Assembly: GCA_963514005.1 (NCBI GenBank)
Contig: OY740788.1
Coordinates: 87,420,001-87,484,000, forward strand
DNA: 64,000 nucleotides
Reading direction: 5' to 3'
Source of the DNA: Raja brachyura
Taxonomy: Eukaryota
The notes below the pieces were generated by a model that saw nothing but the letters and a program-made list of their open reading frames with translations, was not told the origin of the DNA and did no database searches. Of this stretch, positions 12,911-24,749 are shown one piece after another. Numbering within the stretch: position 1 is the first letter of the stretch; each line of letters begins with the position of its first letter. The translations under genes and the position numbers were made by a program.

Positions 12911-14663
12911 TGGTTTTCTGCGACCAAAAATCACTTCCTGCACCTTTAAGGGGCAAGGGAACACCACCACTCGCAGGTTCCCTTTCAGGCTTACAGTATT
13001 CTAACTTAGAAATACATCATTGTTCCTTCATCACCACCAGGAACTCTCTCTCTGCAATAGCACGGTGAGGTCGCCTTCACCAAACCTCACTGCAGTGGTT
13101 CAGGAAGATGGCTCACCACCACCACCTTCTCAGAGCAATTATGGATGGCCAGGAAAAGCTGGATTGGGATGTCCCAATTCAAAAAAATTAGTTTAAATGA
13201 GAAATGAGAAAAATGAGAAATGAAAAAAAGAGAAATATTTGAAATCTTTAAAGGCCAATATTTGAAATCTCATTGACACATACACCATTTTGACTAGGCT
13301 CAGCAGGTTCAGTGTAAGGAGCCTGTTCCTCCTAGCTGGGGGAGTTTAGAATGAAGAGTCAGGGGCTCGGGATATAAGATCAGGAGACATATCTTCACTT
13401 GGGTGGTGGTGAACATGTGGAATTATTCGCCACGAGACAGTAGAGGCCATGTTAATAAATATGGAGTGTGGGAGGCTGAGGGGCGAAGGGCAGCGGTATA
13501 GAAAACCATGATGTTCACAGATAAGGTGGCTGGTTATGGGCTTTGTCCCCCCGGGTAATGGGCTTAAAAACTGGTGGGCATAGATTTAAGGTGAGAGGGG
13601 AAATATTTAAACGAGACCCGAGGGGCAACATTTTTCTACACAGTATCTGGAACGAACTGCCAGAGGAGGTGGTTGAGATGGGTACAGTTTAGACATTTAA
13701 AAGACAATTGGACACGGAACACATGCAAATGGGAGTAGCTCAGGTAGGCAACTTGGCCAGCAATAATGAATAGGGCCGAAGGACCCGTTTCCACAATGAA
13801 CAACTGTACGACTCCATATTTGAGGCAAGGGGGGGCGAGGGAGCGAGATTTCAAGTCGTAAAAGCCATGAAGCACTGTGGAAAGAGTGCATGATTGAGAT
13901 ATTGAGGTAGAGGATAAACCATGGGAGTGTTGAGGGGAATATAGGGAGAACTAGTCATCGGGAACATTAGTGGGGAATGGAATTGTTCTCACAGATGGCG
14001 TAGCCCTGACGGACCAACATGACTTCTCTCTACGTCACAAGGAAATTGAATCATAGTCAGAGTCAAACAGTACAGAAACAGGCCTTTCAGCCCAACACAT
14101 CTTACCAACTAGTCACATTTGCCAGCATTTCGCCCAAATCCCTCCGAACCTTTCCTGTCCACGTACTTAACCAAATAGCTTTTAAACACTGTAACTATAC
14201 CCAGAGTAGGATCAGATCGCCAGAGCGTGCTCAAAGGCTGAACAGCCTGCCTTGAATTGCTGCTCTATTAACTTTTGCATTGGACTGGTAACAATAATAT
14301 CAGTGTAGCTGGAGGAAAATGATGATCTCATCCTATATCCCATGTTACACAAAAGCTCACACTCTCTATCCCAGAATATATAATCCTCTGGGATTCAGCA
14401 ATAACTAGAACCGATAACGGAATCAGGGTCATTAATGATCCATGACTCAATCAATGAAAAACAATCCGGCTCCCCCCCCCCGCCCCAACGTCTTATGCTC
14501 ATAGTGTGTGTGGTTGGTTGACTATCTCAGCTGACGTCTGCACTAGTGAAGCAACCTCCCCTGTCCTGCCAACAGCCCAGGGCTCAGGCCATCACTGGCT
14601 CTCACTGTGTCCGAACATTCATAGACCAAGGCCAGCAGGTGGTCTAAGAGGTAGGTTCACCAT

Positions 14664-15515
14664 GGCAGCCACGGTAGCACAGCGGTAGAGTTGCTGCCTT
14701 ACAGTGCCTGTAGTGCCCGAGACCCGGGTTCAATCCCGACTACGGGTGCTGTCTGTACAGTTCTGGTCTCCAAATCTGAGGAAGGACATTATTGCCATAG
14801 AGGGAGTGCAGAGAAGGTACACCAGACTGATTCCTGGGATGTCTTATGAACAAAGACTGCATAGTTCTAGAGGTTTATACTCTCTAGAATTTAGGAGATT
14901 GAGGGGGGATCTTATAGAAACTTACAAAATTCTTAAGGGGTTGGACAGGCTAGATGCAGGAAGTTTGTTCCCGATGTTGGGGAATTCCAGGACAAGGGGT
15001 CACAGATTAAGGATAAGGGGGAAATCCTTTATGACCGAGATGAGAAGGACTTTTTTCACGCAGAGAGTGGTGGGTCTCTGGAACTCTCTGCCACAGAGGG
15101 TAGTTGAGGCCAGTTCATTGGCTATATTTAAGAGGGAGTTAGATGTGGCCCTTGTGGCTAAAGGGATCAGAGGGTATGGAGAGAAGGCAGGTACGGGATA
15201 CTGAGTTGGATGATCAGCCATGATCATATTGAATGGCGGTGCAGGCTCGAAGGGCCGAATGGCCTACTCCTGCACCTAATTTCTATGTTTCTATGTGCGG
15301 TGTTTGCACGTTCTCCCCGTGACCGCGTGGGCTTTCTCCGCTTTTTTCGGTTTCCTCCCACACTCCAAAGGCAGACAGGTTTGCAGGTTAATTGGCCAGG
15401 TGTATGTGTAAGTTGTGCCTAGTGTGTTTAGGATAGTGTTAATGTGCGGGGAACGCTGGTCGGTGCGGACTTGGTGGGCCGAAGGGCCAGTTTCCGCGCT
15501 GTAACATTAAACTAA
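14664..15515 (+). mobile_element. V-SINE split by a CR1-A insertion (14755-15294)
   Basis: SINE head (ggtagcacagcggtagagttgctgccttacag...ccgggttcaatccc) at 14664-14757, then the CR1 3' ORF with tttctatg tail. The V-core resumes at ~15296 (gtttgcacgttctccccgtgacc) and runs to a ctaaa tail. Confidence 0.85.
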
Positions 15516-16139
15516 AGGCAGGTTCAAAGGGCTGGCCTTCGGTAAGTACAACAATCAGGTCAACAAAACAACAATCACACTCAAAAGGTCAAAAAGATAA
15601 CGATTCGGTAGGCACTATTGATACCACAGAGTATTTGCTAACAAAGCCAGCATCCGTGTAGCAGCCTTAGGTAAACAAGGCATGAGCTTTCGCAGTATTT
15701 GTGCTTAAAGGAATGATAACAAAACACCTATCTGTCCCACTCGCAGTTTCTCACGCCCCAGCACTATCTCAAAGTCTCTGTCGTGGGAAGCAACTGCCCT
15801 CGCTCGCGTTGTACGACCAGCACGAGGTTGACAGTGCAATCCCATGAAGCAGACATAATCACTTGATTAATCACTACCTTGGATTTGGCCGTGGAGGCAA
15901 GGTTTGTGGAAAGATATTGTTGATGGAGAAACAATAACCCGGGGAAGCCTTCCACAACAACCTTGTTACCAAGCCATTATCAACCCATCCCATCGGCCGG
16001 CATTTCTCTTCCCCTCTCCCTCATGTTTATTCAGTTTCTCAAAATTCCCGTTTATTATTCCCACTTCCCCTGCTGGGAACAACCCCCAAAATCCCATCTC
16101 TTGGTCCTTGGTTACTTGGTCCTCCAAAATATTCCAACT

Positions 16140-17080
16140 GGAATTTAAACTGGAGGTGGTGAAGGGAGGGGTTTAGCCAGAGAGGGTTATTGGGAAGAAA
16201 GTGCCACTTTAAATTTAGTTGCATCTGGCTGGGCAACCGTGGCTTGGTGGAGATTATTCCATGCTTTAATAGTGCGTGGAAAGAACGAATTGCTGTGCAC
16301 ATCTGTCTTTGAGGCTGGGACCACAAATTGGATCGAATGCCCTCGTCTGCTCCTAATTGGTTTGGGGTTGGTGTAGGTCTTGTGATCTATGTCTAGCTGA
16401 CCATTTAACATTTTGTAGAAACAGGTCAAACGGTGAGCTTCACGTCTGTCTTGGAGAGGGTTCCACCCCGCCCAGAGAATTCAGAAGTTTGGTGACACTC
16501 GCTTCTCTCTCGTAGGTGTTAGTAACAAATTGAGCGGCCTGTCTTTGGACACATTCGATGGATGAAATGTTTTTATCTGTGTATGGGTCCCAAGCTGCAA
16601 CTGCGTAGTCCAGATGAGGTCTAACGAGGGTGAAATACAGCTTCTCCTTGACAGAAGCTGAACAATGATGGAAGTTGCGCCTCAGGAAGTTTAGGACACC
16701 TGTTGCTTTCACTGTTACATGATGAGTCTGACCATTCCATCGTAGATCATTCTGCAATTCAATGCCAAGATACTTGGTTTGTTTGGATTCTTCAAGGGTG
16801 ACACCAAGTATGTTGTAAGATGTGACGCCTGGATTCCTCTTTCTGGTGACACGCATGGTTTCACATTTGGAAGGGTTGAACTGCATGCCCCATTATTGTG
16901 ACCACTCGACCATAGTATCGAGATCCTTTTCGAGAGCATCTTCATCATCAGCTGACTTAATTGGACGGTACAGCAAACAATAATCAGCAAATACTCTGGT
17001 CGTACTTGCGACTTTTTCATGGATGTCATTGATGTAGAGCAAAAATAGGTGTGGGCCAAGTACTGTGCCCTGGGGTGTAT
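16140..17080 (-). mobile_element. Divergent CR1-group LINE RT 3' fragment (not the local HER1-like type)
   Basis: Broken ORFs: PQGTVLGPHLFLLYIND...FADYCLLY, MQFNPSKC, YLGIELQNDLRW, LYFTLVRPHLDYAVAAWDPY, SFFPRTIKAWNNL. Confidence 0.8.
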
Positions 17081-17567
17081 CTCTTTCCAAAACAGTGTTT
17101 AGTTGGCTCTCAGCCCTTCTTCTAATTGGTGGCCCATCCCGTTATCTTGCTGTACCGCTCATATGTGCCCTCCTTGAAGAACTGACATCAACAATATAGT
17201 TGAAGGAGACTCAAGGCTATGTGGGTCTCTCTCAGCTCTGCCCTGGCAGCCTCATCTGTGACTTGACACCATTCAGAAGGTCAGGGACAGCAATCATTCA
17301 CTCTCCCTCTCCCCCTCCCTCCATCCCTCTCACCCCAGCTGCAGAGCATTCTCTAGTTGTATTGCTGGCATCTCATAAGTCATATGGGCAGAAGGCCATT
17401 CGGCCCATTAAGTCTACTCCTCTGCTGCTTCTTGCCTCAAACCTTGCAAATCTCTGGCACATTATGACCAGTAGCCAATGCAGTGCCACTAAAACAATGA
17501 AACAGCGTCAGGCAAAACTTTAGCAGCATTCCCTCCTCCTCCGCTATCCATCCGCAGCTGGGTAATT

Positions 17568-18868
17568 AAACATAGAAACATAGAAATTAGGTGCAGGAGT
17601 AGGCCATTCGGCCCTTCGAGCCTGCACCGCCATACAATATGATCATGGCTGATCATCCAACTCAGTATCCCGTACCTGCCTTCTCTCCATACCCTCTGAT
17701 CCCCTTAGCCACAAGGGCCACATCGAACTCCCTCTTAAATATAGCCAATGAACTGGCCTCAACTACCTTCTGTGGCAGAGAGTTCCAGAGACCCACCACT
17801 CTCTGTGTGAAAAAAGTCCTTCTCATCTCGGTCCTAAAGGATTTCCCCCTTATCCTTAAGCTGTGACCCCTTGTCCTGGACCTCCCCAACATCGGGAACA
17901 ATCTTCCTGCATCTAGCCTGTCCAACCCCTTAAGAATTTTGTAAGTTTCTATAAGATCCCCTCTCAATCTCCTAAATTCTAGAGAGTATAAACCAAGTCT
18001 ATGCAGTCTTTCTTCATAAGACAGTCCTGACATCCCAGGAATCAGTCTAGTGAACCTTCTCTGCACTCCCTCTATGGCAATAATATCCTTCCTCAGATTT
18101 GGGGACCAGAACTGTACGCAATACTCCAGGTGTGGTCTCACCAAGACCCTATACAACTGAAGTAGAACCTCACTGCTCCTATACTTGGTCGCCCAATTAT
18201 AGGAAGGATGTCAACAAAATAGAGAGGGTACAGAGGAGATTTACTAGAATGTTGCCTGGGTTTCAACAGCTAAGTTACAGAGATAGGTTGAATAAGTTAG
18301 GTCTTTATTCTCTGGAGCGCAGAAGGTTAAGGGGGGACTTGATAGAGGTCTTTAAAATGATGAGAGGGATAGACAGAGTTAATGTGGACAAGCTTTTCCC
18401 TTTGAGAATAGGGAAGATTCAAACAAGAGGACATGACTTTAGAATTAAGGGACAGAGGTTTAGGGGTAACATGAGGGGGAACTTCTTTACTCAGAGAGTG
18501 GTAGCGGTGTGGAATGAGCTTCCAGTGGAAGTGGTGGCGGCAGGTTCGTTGGTATCATTTAAAAATAAATTGGATAGGCATATGGATGAGAAGGGTATGG
18601 AGGGTTATGGTATGAGTGCAGGCAGGTGGGACTAAGGGAAAAAAGTTGTTCGGCATGGACTTGAAGGGCCGAGATGGCCTGTTTCCGTGCTGTAATTGTT
18701 ATATGGTTATATGGTTATATGGTTACTCAAATCCTTTTGCTATGAAAGCTAACATACCATTTGCTTTCTTCACTGCCTGCTGCACCTGCATGCCTACTTT
18801 CAATGACTGGTGTACCATGACACCCAGGTCGCGTTGCATCTCGCCTTTTCCTAATCTGCCACCATTCA
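17568..18868 (-). mobile_element. CR1-A (minus) containing a nested CR1-B (plus, 18185-18723)
   Basis: Minus ORF 17662-18156. The host sequence breaks at ctgctcctatac| and resumes tactcaaatcc after the (ttatatgg)n tail of the insert. Confidence 0.9.
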
Positions 18869-19455
18869 GGAACAACTCAGTGACAACAGCAGCAAAGCTC
18901 CTATTGACTAAGTCTCAGACCTTCCTCCTGTGGAACATTGTATATACTTCTACTGGCTGGTGATAATATCAAAACATCACTAACTTTTAATTAATTTCTT
19001 AAAAATAAACAGAGCCCAGTCTCTTTATGTGGGATTCATTCTATCTTTTTCCGGTGCTGACAGCTCCTGCGTTCCTCTCTGATGCAGATTGTTCTCTGCC
19101 CCTGGAGCCTACTGTGCAAAGGGAGCCTCAAGGCAGCTGCATTCAAGGGAGCCGTTCCTCGTGGGCAAGTTGGTCTGTAAACACGTGGGGGAAAATGACC
19201 CTCGAGTTCCTTCGCGGTTTGCCTCTCAACTCCAGGCCACTGAGCTGGGATTAGTTCCAGTTGTGGTAACCGGGATTCAACAAGAGTGGAAGCTGCCCAG
19301 CAAAGTGGAGTCTGACTGCTTCTGTTTTACCATACTGTGGTTGCAAGTGTCATCTTCTACGCTGTTGTCTGCAGGGGTAACAACATCAGTGCTAAAAAGA
19401 TCAACATCACTGATACAAACACTACTCACTGCATTCCTACAAGCACAGATTTTTA

Positions 19456-19785
19456 CATAGAAACATGGAAACATAGGTGCAGGAGTAGGCCATTCGGCCC
19501 TTCGAGCCTGCACCGCCATTCAATATGATCATGGCTGATCATCCAACTCAGTATCCTGTACCTGCCTTCTCTCCATACCCCCTGATCCCTTTAGCCACAA
19601 GTGCCACATCTAACTCCCTCTTAAATATAGCCACTGAACTGGCCTCAACTACCTTCTGTGGCAGAGAATTCCAGAGACTCACCACTCTCTGTGTAAAGAA
19701 TGTTTTCCTCATCTCGGTCCTAACGGAATTCCCCCTTATCCTTAGACTGTGACCCCTTGTTCTGGACTCCCCCAACATTGGGAAC
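19456..19785 (-). mobile_element. CR1-A 3' fragment
   Basis: PMLGESRTRGHSLRIRG...WNSLPQKVVEA on the minus strand, plus the tail. Confidence 0.85.
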
Positions 19786-20774
19786 ACAACAAACAACAAC
19801 TGGCTAAATGGTCAAAGTCTCATTGCCCAGTACGTCAGTCCAACGTGGAGCCGACCCTTTTCACTTCCTTGCTCCCTCGCTTGTCAATCTGCCCAAATGG
19901 TCACCTTCGCTTCTCTTGGTGGGAGCAAGCTCCCAATCCCATCTCCCTCTCATCCAAAACTGTAGTTGTAGTTGCTCTCCGACCCATTTCCATTCAGCAG
20001 TCCTCTTTGGCATCCTGCTCCATGGTTCAACTTATCTACTTTAGTGAAGAGCTGTTGGTTTCCCACTTAGTTTTTAACCTTTGTAGCTGACCATCCTAAG
20101 GTTTAAGTCCAGTACTGGGACTCCGTATGGAAGGGTATAGGTTCATGGTGAGAGAGGAAAGAACTAAGGAAAATACAATGTTTTCTTCAAGGTCTGAGAC
20201 CTAACTGCAGCAGAGTTTAGTCAAGTCGGACAAGTACACGGATAGGAAGGTTTGGAGATATATTGGCCATGCGCGGGCAAGTGGGACAAGCTCAGTTGGA
20301 CAACGTGGTCAGCATGAACCATTTGGGCCAAAAGGCCTACTTCTGTGCTGTACAGCTCTACGACTATGATTATGACGCCTTAGTCTCCCTGGAGAGCAAC
20401 ATCACAGGGGAATCTCCTCAGAACCCTTTCCAGTGCTCTCACATCCTTCACACAACTTGAAATACACAACATTCCAGGTGTGGCATCACCAACATTTCTA
20501 AAAGTTGTGTCGAGACCGTGTTCTAATATTCGACGCAAATGTCCCAAATGTCTTCTTCACCTCCCTATCTACTTGTACCGCCATCTTTGAGGATCCTTGG
20601 ATATACACGAAGATCCTTTTTTTAACCTCAGTATTCCCTATGTTCCCACCATTCATCCGTGGCATTTGTCATATCCTCAATGGACCCCTAGTATTTGAAA
20701 TGGGAGCTGGGAAGTGGATGGGAACGATACCTGGTGAAGAGGCGACCCCTAATTCCACAATCCATTCTCTGTCA

Positions 20775-21640
20775 TTTCTAATTAATTATAATAATAATAA
20801 TTCTTTATTGTCATTGTACAAGACAACGGAATTTTGTTGGAGCAGTCCTCCAGCTGCACAGGAATATGAGTATAAAAATACGTTAAAAAGACTATAAACA
20901 TATAGGAGTATGGGCGTGTGTGTGAGAGAGAAGGGGGGGAATCAGTGTGGGAGGGGGGTAAAGTTCAGTAGCGTCACAGCGGGCACTCAGTGTCCTGTAT
21001 CGTCTTCCTGAGGGCAGGGGGGTAAAGAGGCAGTGTCCAGGGTGTGTGCTGTCTCTAATGATGCCCTTGACCCTCCAGATGCAGCGGGTCCGGTATATGT
21101 CCTCCAGTCTGGGGAGCTGGGTGCCAGTGATCCTCTCAGCAGTCTTAATGACGTGTTGGAGAGCTTTCCTGTTCGCTGTGGTACAGCCAGAGTACCATAC
21201 TGTGATGCAGTGTGTGAGAACTGACTCGATGGCTGACCTGTAGAAGCTCACTAGCAGTTGTTGTGGGAGACGTTCCCTCTTCAAGCACCTCAGGAAGTGA
21301 AGCCTTTGGAGACCTTTCTTGGCCGTCGCCGTGATATTGACGGTCCAGGTCAGGTCATGACTGATGTTAACCCCGAGGTACCTGATGTTCTGCACAGCCT
21401 CCACTGTCTGGCCGTTAATGGTGATGGGCTGATGGACGAGGGTCCTTGGTCTCCTCCTGAAGTCCAGGATCATCTCCTTCGCTTTTGCTGAGTTGAGGAT
21501 CAGGTTGTTCTCACGGCTCCAGCTCACCAGGTTCTCTACCTCTGTCCTGTAGGCGGCCTCGTTGTTACTCGTGATCCTGCCTACCACGATGGCGTCATCT
21601 GCAAACTTTAGTATGGTGTTGGCCTCGTGGGTGGGCTGGC
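20775..21640 (-). mobile_element. Rex1/Babar-clade LINE RT fragment
   Basis: ORF 20892-21683: NTILKFADDAIVVG, YLGVNISHDLTW, QRLHFLRCLK, HPGHCLFTPLPSGRRYR. Tail gacaataaagaattattatt on the minus strand. Confidence 0.8.
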
Positions 21641-22917
21641 AAATTGTAGTTGGTGGAATTGGTGCATGAAGATTGGCTGCCAATATTCTGATATTGCACA
21701 GGTATTTTATATTTATTCAAGGCTCGAGGGCTTCGCAGCCCGAGCCGACATATAATTGCCCTTGAGAAGGTCGTGGTGAGCTAGGGTTGTGGACGTGGCC
21801 CAGATCATCACGCACACCAACCTCACTTTTATTTACTCCATCCACACTTCACACTACCTCGGCAAGGCCACCAGCATCATCAAGGACCGGTCTCACCCTG
21901 GTTCCCCCTCTTCTCCTCTCTCCCATCAAGTAAGAAGTACATAAGTTCAAAAACATGTGGCACTAGATTCAGGGACAGCTACTTCCCAGCTGTTATCAGG
22001 CAACTGAACCGTTCTCTCACCAGCTAAAGTGCGGTCCTGACCTCCCATCTACCTCATTGATGATCATTGACCTATTTTTCATTGGACTTTATCTTGCACT
22101 ACATGTTGTATGCTCCATCCGTTATCTCTACACTGTAGACGGCTTGATTGTAATCATACTTTGCTTCCACTGGATCGCACGTAACTAAAGGATCTCACTG
22201 TGCCTCGCAACTCATGACAATAAGCTGAACAGATCTTTCTTCAACCTCTGCAGTCCTTGATGTCCTGTTGGAGATGCAATTCCAGGATTTTGACCCAATG
22301 ACACTGAAGGAATAGTGATATAGTTTCAAGTTAGGATGGTGCAATATTTCGAGGGAAATTCCTAGGTGGGGCTGTTCCCATGCTTTTGCAGCCGTTGTCC
22401 TTCCAGCTGGCAGAAGTTGCGGGCTTGAAAGGAGCTGTATCTGGAGTCTAGCTGCAGTGCATCCTGGAGATGGTACAAAACGCTGCTTCTGTGCATGTCC
22501 TGAATGGTACGTGCAACGTGCTTTCGAAACAGTAGCTGCCTAATTTCTAATTTGTTTTTGACTAGTTGATTTAGACTACGCAAGGAAGTTGCTGCCTCAG
22601 CAATAAATGTGTTCATACGACAGAGTCATAGCCCGACCTCATGCAAGCAACAGATGGGATTTTGAAACAGCTGGGCCTCAGCAGAATGCATCCAGAACAG
22701 AGGCATAACGTCACGAGACCATTTCATGTGTCACGTTTCCAATTCATGCCGATACTGATGCAATATCGAAGGGGTGACACATCAGAGTCAAGAGAGTCAT
22801 AAGGCATGGAATCTGGCCCTTCAGCCCATCATGCCCATGCCAACAAAGATGCCCATCTAAACTAGTCCAATTTGTTCCATTTGACCTGTATCCCTCTGAA
22901 CCTTCCCTATCCATATA

Positions 22918-24546
22918 CAGTGTCCGTCATCATTTATTTATTTGCCTCTGTGCTCAACAATTTGAGATTTGCAATAGAAAAAAATCACATGTGGTTAAAG
23001 TGCACATTGTCAGATTTTAATAAAGGCCATTTTGATACATTTTTGTTGCACCATGTTGAAATTACAACTGTGTTTATACATTGTCCCCCCATTTCAGGGC
23101 ACCATAATGTTTGGGACACATGGCTTCACAGGCGATTGTAACTGCTCAGGTGTGTTTAATTGCCTCCTTAATGCAGGTATAAGAGAGCTCTCAGCAACTA
23201 GTCTTTCCTCCAGTCTTTCCATCACCTTTGGAAACTTTTATTGCTGTTTATCAACATGAGGCCCAAAGTTGTGCCAATGATACTCAAAGAAGCCATTATG
23301 AGACTGAGAAACAAGAATAAAACTGTTAGAGACATCAGCCAAACCTCAGGCTTACCAAAACCAACTGTTTGGAACATCATTAAGAAGAAAGAGAGCACTG
23401 GTGAGCTTACTAATCCCAAAGGGACTGGCAGGCCAAGGAAGACCTCCACAGCTGATGACAGAAGAATTCTCTCTATAATAAAGAAAAATCCCCAAACACC
23501 TGTCCAACTGATCAGAAACACTCCTCCAGGAGTCAGGTGTGGATTTGTCAATGACCACTGTCCGCAGAAGACTTCATGAACAGAAATACAGAGGCCACAC
23601 TGCAAGATGCAAACCACTGGTCAGCTGCAAAAATAGGATGGCCAGGTTACAGTTTGCCAAGAACTACTTAAAAGAACAACCACAGTTCTGGAAAAAGGTC
23701 TCGTGGACAGATGAGACCAAGATTAGCATATCAGATTGATGGCAAGAGCAAAGTATGGAGGAGAGAAGGAACTGCCCAAGATCCAAAGCATACCACCGCA
23801 TCTGTGAAACACGGTGGTGGGGGTGTTATGGCCTGGGCATGTATGGCTGCTGAAGGTACTGGCTCACTTATCTTCATTGATGATACAACTGCTGATGGTA
23901 GTAGCATCATGAATTCTGAGGTGCAGAGACACATCCTATCTGCTCAAGTTCAAACAAATGCCTCAAAACTCATTGGCCGGCGGTTCATTCTACAGCAAGA
24001 CAATGATCCCAAACATACTGCTGAAGCAACAAAGGAGTTTTTCAAAGCTAAACAACGGTCAATTCTTGAGTGGCCAAGTCAATCACGCGATCTGAACCCA
24101 ATTGAGCATGCCTTTTATATGCTGAAGAGAAAACTGAAGGGGACTAGCCCCCAAAACAGGCATAGGCTAAAGATGGCTGCAATACAGGCCTGGCAGAGCA
24201 TTACCAGAGAAGACGCCCAGCAACTGGTGATGTCCATGAATCGCAGATTCAAGCAGTCATTGCATGCAAAGGATATGCAACAAAATACTAAACATGACTA
24301 CTTTCATTTACACGACATTGCTGTGTCCCAAACATTATGGTGTCCTGAACTGGGGGGACTATGTATAAACACTGCTGTAATTTCTACACAGTGAAACCAA
24401 AATGTATAAAAATGGCCTTTATTAAAATCTGGCAATGTGCACTTTAACCACATGTGATTTTTTTTCTATTGCAAATCTCAAGTTGTGGATACAGAGGCAA
24501 ATAAATAAATGATGGGTCTTTGTCCCAAACATTATGGAGTGCACTG
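22918..24546 (+). mobile_element. Tc1/mariner (DD34E, IR-DR type) DNA transposon, near full length, transposase frameshifted
   Basis: TA flanks at 22916-22917 and 24547-24548; cagtg...cactg ends; ~200-230 bp TIRs with ccataatgtttgggaca direct repeats. The transposase spans three frames: HTH and GRPRK, WTDE, VKHGGGGVMAW, QQDNDPKHT...DLNPIE (34 residues between D and E). Confidence 0.95.
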
Positions 24547-24749
24547 TATATGGAACCAGTGCTGGAGGAAGTTGAGATAGGTGCTATCACAATGTTCAAA
24601 AAATATTTGGTCAGGAAAATGGATACGATTGGATTAGAAGGAAATGGGCTCAACGCAGGCAGGTGGGACTAGTACGCGAGGGGCCTGTTGGTTGGCGTTG
24701 GTAAATTGAGCCAAAGGGCCTGTTTCCACGCTATACGACTCTATAATAG

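Noticed and set aside
14664-14740. tRNA-like A/B boxes
   Set aside because: These are V-SINE heads, not tRNA genes; no cloverleaf or terminator.
17639-17866. Recurrent 'MIMADHPTQYPVPAFSPYP' ORFs (many copies in the window)
   Set aside because: Antisense frame of the CR1-A 3' end, not a gene family.
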